The notes under the pieces were generated by a model, which made no database searches, was not told where the DNA came from, and saw nothing but the letters and a program-made list of their open reading frames with translations. From the human T2T-CHM13v2.0 reference genome, Homo sapiens, in the NCBI RefSeq assembly GCF_009914755.1, contig NC_060938.1: a stretch of 64,000 bases of DNA; one strand, given 5' to 3'. The number at the start of each line of letters is the position of its first letter. The first letter of the stretch is position 1. The position numbers and the translations under genes are program-made. Below are positions 54,976-64,000 of this stretch, piece after piece.

Positions 54976-56174
54976 TGAATTAATTGGATTTTTGAGTCTT
55001 TATTACCCTGAATTGTAAAAAAAAATTAATCTTGTCAATTTAAGGTACATTTATTCTGCATTTTTAGGTAAATATTAGTTATTTAGGAATTTTTTTCTAT
55101 GATCACTTCTCCTCAGAGGATGAGCTAACCTCTTAGGGTTTTACCTCCAGCCTGGCAGTGCGCGTGGGGACAGTGTGGTTCATGATTGCCCTCTGTTTGC
55201 GCTGGGCTACCTTGTCATTACTGTAGTTTGTTCTTTGGTCTTTGCCCTTACACCTCTCTGAGATCTCAGCTGGTCGCTTTGGAGCCATTTTTTTTTTTTT
55301 GGAACTTGGTGGGCGTGGGGGATGGGATGGGTAGAAACCGGTCAGAATTTTCCAGATCTTCTCTGGCCCTGTGCTTTGTGAGGCTCAGCTAAGGCTTATT
55401 CTTGCTTATATGGGCAAGAACCCCCATACGTCACTCACACACTGCTGTGGGGACCAAGCTGGACTAGAGGTCTTCCTGCAAGGTGTACAGGTCCCCTGGG
55501 CTATACCTGGGAAGTAATGTACAAACCCCTTTGTCCTGGAGTCCCCACACTGAAGTGAGGTTTTATCACATAATTGCCTACTTCATTTCCACATACCTAC
55601 TCATAGTGGAAAGGGTTTTGGGAAGAGGATAGAGTGTCCTTGAGAAATGCTTCTAAAGTCATAGCACAGAGAGGACTAGTTGAAGGCTCAAGTATATTGT
55701 CAACCATGAAGTTGTGCCTTAACAGTTGCTCTGGAACAAAATCCTTGGGTATGGCCAGTTACCCATTCAGACTGAAAATGGGTGGTGGTGGTAAGGCCAG
55801 AATGAGTTAATGAAAATTCTGGGTTATAGACTACAGAAAGAAATAGAGGTTTTTGGACTGAATACATGCCCATTCAACATAGGCCAGTAAAATATGCCAA
55901 ATAGGGACCTTGTCACACTTTAAAAAATGAATATATAATAGTGTTTTCACTTATATATGTTGTGCTTGAAAATATTTTGCTTTATGCACTTTAGATGCTC
56001 ATCTTATAATTTTGCATTATTTATAAAGAAATATGTAAACTCTAGCCCCCTCCTCCCATATCAAAAACTCAAAAAGAAATGGTTAATAAAGTTTCCTTTT
56101 ATGTATTACTTGGGACCAGAATTAGTTGCTTGTTAGAACTGAGATTTATCCTATTAAATTGAGATGATCTAAGA

Positions 56175-56482
56175 CAGAGGTCAACAAACTATGGCCTCTG
56201 GGCTTTGTTCCACTGTCTGCTTTGTATGAGCAAAGAATAGTTCTTACAGTTTCAAATGGTGGGAAAAAAAAGAATATTTCCTGTGAACATTATGTGGAAT
56301 TCAAGTTTCAATGTCTATAAATAAAGTTTTATTGGAACACAACCATGCTTACTTGTTTACGTATTGTCTATGGCTACTTTCACACTACATTGGCAGAGAT
56401 GAGGAGTAGCAACAGAGACCATATGGCCTACACCGAAAATACTTACTGTTTGACCCTTTCCAGAAAAATTTGCTGACCCCTG
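56175..56482 (+). mobile_element. MER58 (B-like) hAT MITE
   Basis: Inverted termini cagaggtcaacaaact ... tttgctgacccctg, with internal aataaagttttattggaacac. Confidence 0.85.
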
Positions 56483-59329
56483 GTCTAGAACGTGGAAGCA
56501 GCATGAAATGAAGAGGAATTTAAGGAGACAGCATTGTTTTTAGAATTTTCTTTACGTTGTCTACAGGTAAGAGCAAAACGGCCTCACAGTGGAGGTGTTG
56601 ATCTTGTGGAAAGCGGGTGGAAAAAGTTGTGCTTCCATCAACCAGTGCATGGTGCTGTGTCAGCTCCACCCCTCATTTGTGGTTCTTAAAGTCTGCTGTT
56701 ATTTTATGCCACCTGCATAACCTGATTTGCATCTTAAATTAATATCTAACTACCACTTGGACTTTTTTCAGAATAAGGAGAATGGCTTTTATGAAGCCAT
56801 CTGTAGATGAAAAATAAATAGCAGCTAACAGTCCTGGAATATGTGATTCAGGGAGCTCCTGCATAGCAAAAGACTCACACAGCTGATTTGCTCCCCAAGT
56901 CAAGAAGATACCAAAGAAATTTCAGTATTTGCAAGATGAGGGAGGCAAGCAGAAGCCATCTGGGAGATAAAAGAAAAATGAAAGCCTTTTAGAACCCATA
57001 GACACACTTGGCTCAGGGACTGGGTCAGAGCTTGTCCTCTTATTCTGAATCCCCTGCCCTCTGGAGCTCCTGGGTCTTCTGTCCTTCTTGAGCCCGGCAG
57101 GCTTTGCTTGAAAGTCATGGAGCCCCACATCTCTTGGGGCTGCACTTGCTGCACACGTGGTTCTTCCTGTAGTTACTCAAATCAAATGATTTCTACACCT
57201 GAACCCAAGTTCCAATTTTGTCTTAATAATGTCAGAGGTTAATGACTAGATTAATATTCTGGTTCTTTTTACTTTTCCCTAACCATCCCTAGCGCCCGTT
57301 ACCCCCACAGGAGTTGTCCGGGGCAAATTGCAGAAAATGTGCCAATTCTTAGCTTCTAAATGCAAAACAGAAGAGTGAAACAAAGGTTGAGGAAATAAAT
57401 GTGAACAGTCAGAATAATTCTCTATAATTGAATTCTTCCCTGTAATTCCCCACCTCCCCCCACTCCTACCTTATCCTAGTTTTCCTCTTTGAGTAGATAT
57501 AGACCTTTTAACCAGGAAAAGAGAGAAGAGAGGTAGACGAGGCATGCAAGAGAGACCTCTCTCACTGTGCCTGTTCCCTGCTCTTCTTAATATCCATCTC
57601 AAGTTGAGCGTTGGGGTTGTGGGAGTATAACCCCCTCCACCCCATTTGATTTAGAAATATGACAGTAGAGAAGATTTGTGTCTGGCATCCTGGGTGAGGT
57701 TTAGGGAGATGTCAGATCTCATGGAGGAAATCCCGGGGCCATGATAGTACTGCTGGATAGTAGAAACAGCACTGAGGTGTGTCTAGGCTGGGGCAAGTCC
57801 TGAAGATCTGTGCACATTGGAACTGTAGAGCATCCAAAGTTCATGTGACTCCTTCCAGTGGGCACAGACACGAGCTGAGAGTGTACACTTGAAACCTCAA
57901 AGGTTCTTCCAGCCAGCACAGGGGGATGTGTGTTGGAAAGATATGACAGGGACGGTCTCTGCTCAGAGTGTGCCAACATCTCACTCCGGGAGCTATTTGA
58001 GAAGCCTGTTGTCTGCACCAGGGACTGAATGAGATAAGTTGTGTCCCCGTCCAGCACAGGATGAGGCCCGCACAGGATCCCATTTAGGGACAACTCTAGA
58101 GAAGAGAGGGACGAAGAATACTCTATTTTTCTATGTAATTGAGTTTTATTTTTCATATTGGGCAGAATGGAGGATCAAAGTCAGAAATTAAATTGAGTTA
58201 TAGGAAATAAGTTATGTTTCTTGTACACTGGAATTTATGGTTGTAAAATTTGTCCAGATGCAGTTACATTTATTTTATATTTTGTGCTGGGTATTCTGCA
58301 TATGATTTTCATGTATTTTCACATTTAATTCTTTTAATAACTTTGTGAGGCAGGTATTACTAATCCCATTCTGCAGAGGAAACTAAGGCTTTCACAGGTA
58401 CAGTAATTAGCTTTAGGTAACCTAGTCAGAAGGGTAGGGCAGGATTTCAGTCCAGGTAGTATGACTTCAGAGTCCCATTTGCTCCATGTACCCTGAAACT
58501 TGAGGGTCAGGTAGGGCCCTAGGAGAGGCTGCTGAAATCTACTTTGCCCATGGCTGTTAGAGAAGCAAACTTTTCCTTTGACAATAAAACCTTTTTGGGT
58601 CTGTTTTCATGTGCCAGGTGCTTTGCTAGGCATGGGATACATAATGAATAATATTCACTTCCCTCCAGGGATGTAACAATCTGCCTACATTTGTTCTTAA
58701 CACATGGAAGGTACTCAGTATGGGCTGGCTGAGTGAATAAATTTGAAAGGTACAAAGCATCAGTAAGGGGAAGAATGCCTTTGTCTAGTTTCAAATGTAG
58801 CATCATGAGCTTTGCAACCGTGCTCATAGAGAATTTGAAAGAATCAGATGACTGATTCTGGTGGAAATACAGATTTGACTTCAGAATGGTCTCTGTCTTA
58901 GGCAGCGCCGGAAGGCCTGTTGGTTGGAAACTGAATCCTAGATGAACAAAGCCCTGGGGAGCAATTGGGCTCAGAGCAGAAAGACAGATGAGCTGATGTG
59001 AGGAGGTTCCTTTATTCTTAACATCAATGCTATGGTACCGATGAGGGAAATCAATCAGTGAATCTCCCAGGGAGGAACTGTGTTCAGAAGGGGGCACTCA
59101 CTTCCCAAAAAGTTCCCCTTTCTTGGTGTTGATCTAAAAAATGGAAGAAGGGATTGATAAAATGACTGACATAAGGCAAGAAATATAGGTCTTATTACAA
59201 TTTCTGTTATCACATATCACACACTGTTGAATATGGGATATATTAATACAACCAGACTTCAAGTTGCTGTAAGAGAAAGAAGAAAGAGCTGGTTCCAACC
59301 TCATACCTTGGGCAGCCCACAGGTAGTGA

Positions 59330-59666
<337 letters not shown>

Positions 59667-60829
59667 GCTATTTTCTTATTGGTACTTCTATTCTGAAAAC
59701 AAATTTCCAGGAAGGCCAATTTATTGGAGTTGTATTAGGATGTAAGGGATCTTTGGTGGTTTGTAACAGACACTAGCTTTTGTTAATTTAAATCAAAAGA
59801 GAACTTACTGGAACAATAGAGAGGGCCTGCAGGAGAGAGAAACAGCTCCGAAAGGGCAGGGATTAGGTAGCACTGAAGGTCTTGAGGCAGGAATTGCTCA
59901 ATGGGTCACTGGGGCCAGTGAACGCCAGCCTTGCATGGTGTTTTCATCACTATCCTCCCAATTCCATTCCAGGAAGGAGGGAGGGCCTGTTTGGCTTGGC
60001 TTGGACTATGTACCCACCACCTGATCAGGGGAAGGCAAGGCCTCTTGATTTAAGTTACAAAGACATCCAATGGAGAAGAGGAAACTCCTCAAGGAAATAG
60101 GTGTGTGGGGCTTCTTACCAAAAGAAGGTGGACTGGATGCCAGGTGGCCACATACACCCCTTGGTTGAAAGGGCTCTGCTTCCTGAAGCCTTGTTGACTG
60201 CAGTGTAGGTTCCTTGGTATGGTCTTGGAAGGGTTCTGTGATCCTGCCTTCCAATTTCCCTTCTGACTTACTTGTGATACCTCCTCCTCGTGATTCAGCC
60301 ACCTTCAGGCTTCCTCAGTGTCTAACTAATCTATCCTTCCCTTTCTGACTGGTGTGTCTTTGCACTATCTGCTCTAATACCAGTTTGTCTTCACCTGGAA
60401 TGAATCTCTTCCTGTGTGCTCTCTTAAAACGTTTTGTTTTGGAAATGTACAATCCTTATCTTCCTGGCCCAAGAATCCCCTGTGTACCTATGGCTGCTGC
60501 TGCTGCTGCAGCAAATACAAGGCACGTAATATGTGCCAGGCCTTTCCTAATTACTTTCTATATATTCACTCACTGAATCCTCCCAGCCATCTTTGTTGCT
60601 AGTTACAGGTGAGGAAATGAGGAGGGAAGCTAAACAACTTGTCTAAGCTCAAACAGCTGGTAAGTGGCTGAGACAGATTTTGAACTCTGCATTCTGGGTA
60701 GCAGTCTGTACCCTTAAGTAGTCTTGATTTTATTTCATGTCTCCTATGCCCTATACACTCATCAGATGTCTGTCCTACTTCTTAACTTAATAATTCTGGG
60801 TTCCCCCTGTATCCCCATGCATTAGTTGA

Positions 60830-61270
<441 letters not shown>

Positions 61271-61698
61271 TGCTTATAATTATTGAAAGGTCTCCTATTA
61301 CCTGCTGTGCCAACATAATTTGGGTCTAATGTTATGTTCCAGTTGTATCTTCCACCCTTTATACTCCTCCCTGTAGTTCTCTACCTCCATTCATTCTCTA
61401 TGTGCCCCTTAGGAAATTGCCTAGAGCATATCAAGTGCTTTATAATTTGGCAGCTCCTCCAAATTACTTGCGATTCTCTCAAAAGGCCATATCTTTTCAT
61501 CTTTGGCACAGCCTAAAAGACCTTCATGTTTGACTTCTCCCATGCGCCTGATAAAAGTCCTGATTATATTCCAAGACCCTGTGCAAATAGCATTTCCTGT
61601 GGAAAGCCTTCCTCACCCATTACAGGTACAGTTAAGTGATTTCTTCCTCTGTGTTCCCATCATAGCTTGTTCTTAGCTATGCTATAATGCTTAGCTGG

Positions 61699-62514
61699 TA
61701 TATTCATTTCCTAGGACTGCTGTAGCAAAGCACAGCAACTGGGTGTCTTAAAGCAATAGCAATTTATTTTCTCACAGTTCAGGGAGCTGGAAGTATAAGA
61801 TCAAGGTGTCCCAGGGTCATGCTTCCTCTGAAACTTGGCTTTTGGTGGTTTGCTTGTTGTATCAGTCCATTTTCACGCTGCTGATAAAGACATATCCAAG
61901 ATTGGGTAATTTATAAAGAAAAAGGTTTAAGGGACTCAAATTTCCACATGGCTGGAGAGGCCTCACCATCATGGCAGAAGGTGAAAGGCACTTTGTACAT
62001 GGCAGCAGCAAGAGAGAATGAGAGCCAAGTGCAATTGGTTTCCCCTTACAAAGCCATCAGATCTTGTGAGATTTATTCACTACCACGAGAACAGTATGGG
62101 GGAAACTGCTCCCATGATTCAATTATATCTTACCAAGTCCCTCCCACAACACGTGGGAATTATGGGAGCAACAATTCAAGATGAGATTTGGGTGGGGACA
62201 CAGTCAAATCATATCAGTTTTTTACCAACAATATTTGGCATTCCTTGACTTGCAGCTGCAGAACTCCGGTATCTGCTTTTGTAGTCCTATAGTGTTCTCC
62301 CTGGTGGCTCTATCTTTATGGAACCATCTTCTTATAAGGACATCAGTCATACTGGATTAGGGGCCCATCTTACTCCAATATGACCTCATCTTCACTACTA
62401 GTATTTGCGATGACCCTGTTTCCAAATAAGGCCACATTTTGAGTTAATGGGGGATTAAGTCTTCATTATGTCTTTTTTTTTTTTTAGGGTGGGGCACAAT
62501 TCAACCTGTGTAAC
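61699..62514 (-). mobile_element. MLT1C-like LTR split by a THE1 LTR
   Basis: tttcctaggactgctgtagcaaag...atttattttctcacagttc ... ttccaaataaggccacatt...cacaattcaacc. Confidence 0.78.
61858..62216 (-). mobile_element. THE1B-like solo LTR
   Basis: tgtatcagtccattttcacgctgctgataaagacata ... gggtggggacacagtcaaatcatatca. Confidence 0.9.
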
Positions 62515-63118
62515 CCCTGGCTATTTTGTAACCTTTTGTAAATGCATGGTTTCCCCCAGTAGACTGTGGCTTCCGCCTTATTCGTCTTTGTGCCACTTGC
62601 TCTTTCCCATAGTTGGCCCTCATTAAATGTATGTTAAATGTCTGTCTCCCTTCATGAGATAGTAACTTGTGAAAGGAAAGAAGGCGGCTGTGTTTTTTAA
62701 ATTAGGTTATGAATAAAGAAAGTAGATTAGGATTTCTTTTCAATATCATGTAAATTCCACAAAAGCAGCAATTCTGCCTGTTTGGTTGACTAATATATCC
62801 TTAATGCTTAGAACATGACTGGGCTTAATAAATATTAAGTAGGTGCTTAATAAATATTCACTAAATATTCATTTTTTGACTGGGCTGGAAACTGGAATGA
62901 GTGGATTAAGATTATAGGAAGTAGATTATAGGTAGTTCTGGCAACATATTATTGGTCTTTGTCCTGGCCAGGTCTTTGCTGTGGTTGTTTAAATAAATTC
63001 ATAAGCTTTAACAAGTAAACATGATTCTTGCTAGCTGCCAGCCAGTGGCAGGAGCTTGGTATAAAGGTAACCACTGCTGGGATGCTGAAGGTGTTGTAAT
63101 TGGTTTTCTTGCCTGTAG

Positions 63119-63339
63119 ATCAGCATCCTGCTGAAGACTTTGTGGGTTTCCTCAAGTCCTTCGAGGGTATCAATAATGAGAGAATGCCAGTAATTCCTGA
63201 GAGAAGTTGGCCCTGCTTTTCAGTCTATTCCTACAAACGCCCAATCACTCCTTTGATTGGGACCCGAACTTTTCTCCTGGATACTGCTCACACTGGATAC
63301 TTGGCCGAATCCTATGCATTTCCTGTCATTAACCAATAA
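63119..63339 (+). other. Candidate exon C, coding part (speculative terminal exon)
   Basis: Acceptor ttggttttcttgcctgtag, then an open frame (D)QHPAEDFVGFLKSFEG...YAFPVINQ to TAA in non-repeat sequence. No homologue recognised. Confidence 0.3.
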
Positions 63340-64000
63340 CCTCTGGATACCACTGGAACTATCCATCCTTGGCTTTTCCCTGGGTCTCTCCATTCTGTGG
63401 AGTTTTGAATGCCCTCCATTATACCACATGTGGGACTTGATTTAGGACTATCAACGCTGAGGAAGTCAAAATTTGCCTTGTTTGCTTCACTTCCTGCCTC
63501 CCAACTGGACTCCTTTTGCTTAGGTGTGGGGTTGGCTTCTGCATACCATAGAAGGCAGATGCCAGCTTCCTTTCAGGGCCTCGGCAGGAGCAGCTCAGTG
63601 TAATGTGAAATGCAAACCTGGGATTGCCCATACCTTGGAGGCCTGCTTTGCATTCCTGTGATGTTATGAGGTTGTGTTTCTTAATGGTCACTTCATGTTT
63701 AGGCTAAACTTTTACGAAGAGCTGTGAGTGTTGGCTTTTGCTGGTTTGAGTCTTGAGTCTTGGAAATGGTATGTGGAGCTAATGATTGTAATGATTTCAG
63801 ATAAAGGGGAGCTACCAAGGAAAGAGTAAATCTGTGTATCTTTGAACACTGACTTTCTACTCACTGAAGTGATGGTGCCTGAATAGCTGGAAGAAGTCAA
63901 GGCTTTGAGAATGCCCACTGACATACTGCATTCTTCTCACTGGGCCTCTGAAGGCAGATTGACTAAGCCTTTGGCCCACTTTTGTCACATGTATAATATT

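Noticed and set aside
58519-59097. 192-aa minus-strand ORF
   Set aside because: GTG start, no recognisable domain, and no clear splice or poly(A) context. Likely chance, although a BLASTP would be cheap.

Overview
This is primate genomic DNA, probably hominoid or human: it carries AluY, an L1PA3/4-type 3' end and a BC200 copy. I see no intact, recognisable protein-coding gene and no prokaryotic-type system. The left half (1-31 kb) is a dense nest of L1, L2, Alu, LTR and DNA-transposon fossils. It holds two retrocopies: a MOCS3 processed pseudogene (23420-25370, +) and a 3'-UTR-like retrocopy of an unidentified mRNA (17095-19573, -). The right half mixes unique sequence with a two-LTR THE1 element, a full-length Tigger1 that captured two Alus and a BC200 (BCYRN1) retrocopy, MER31/MST, MLT1 and further Alus. 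L1s and Alus are strongly biased to the minus strand, which suggests an intron of a plus-strand transcript. Three candidate plus-strand exons (38449-38548, 53658-53698, 63119-63339) join in frame into a speculative 97-aa ORF. The most unusual mechanistic features are a young L1 truncated exactly where it folds back on its older L1 host, a tailless BC200 copy, and a template-switch hairpin in MER50. Subfamily names come from my recollection of consensus sequences and need RepeatMasker/Dfam confirmation. Most ORFs in the supplied track are repeat-derived or chance.
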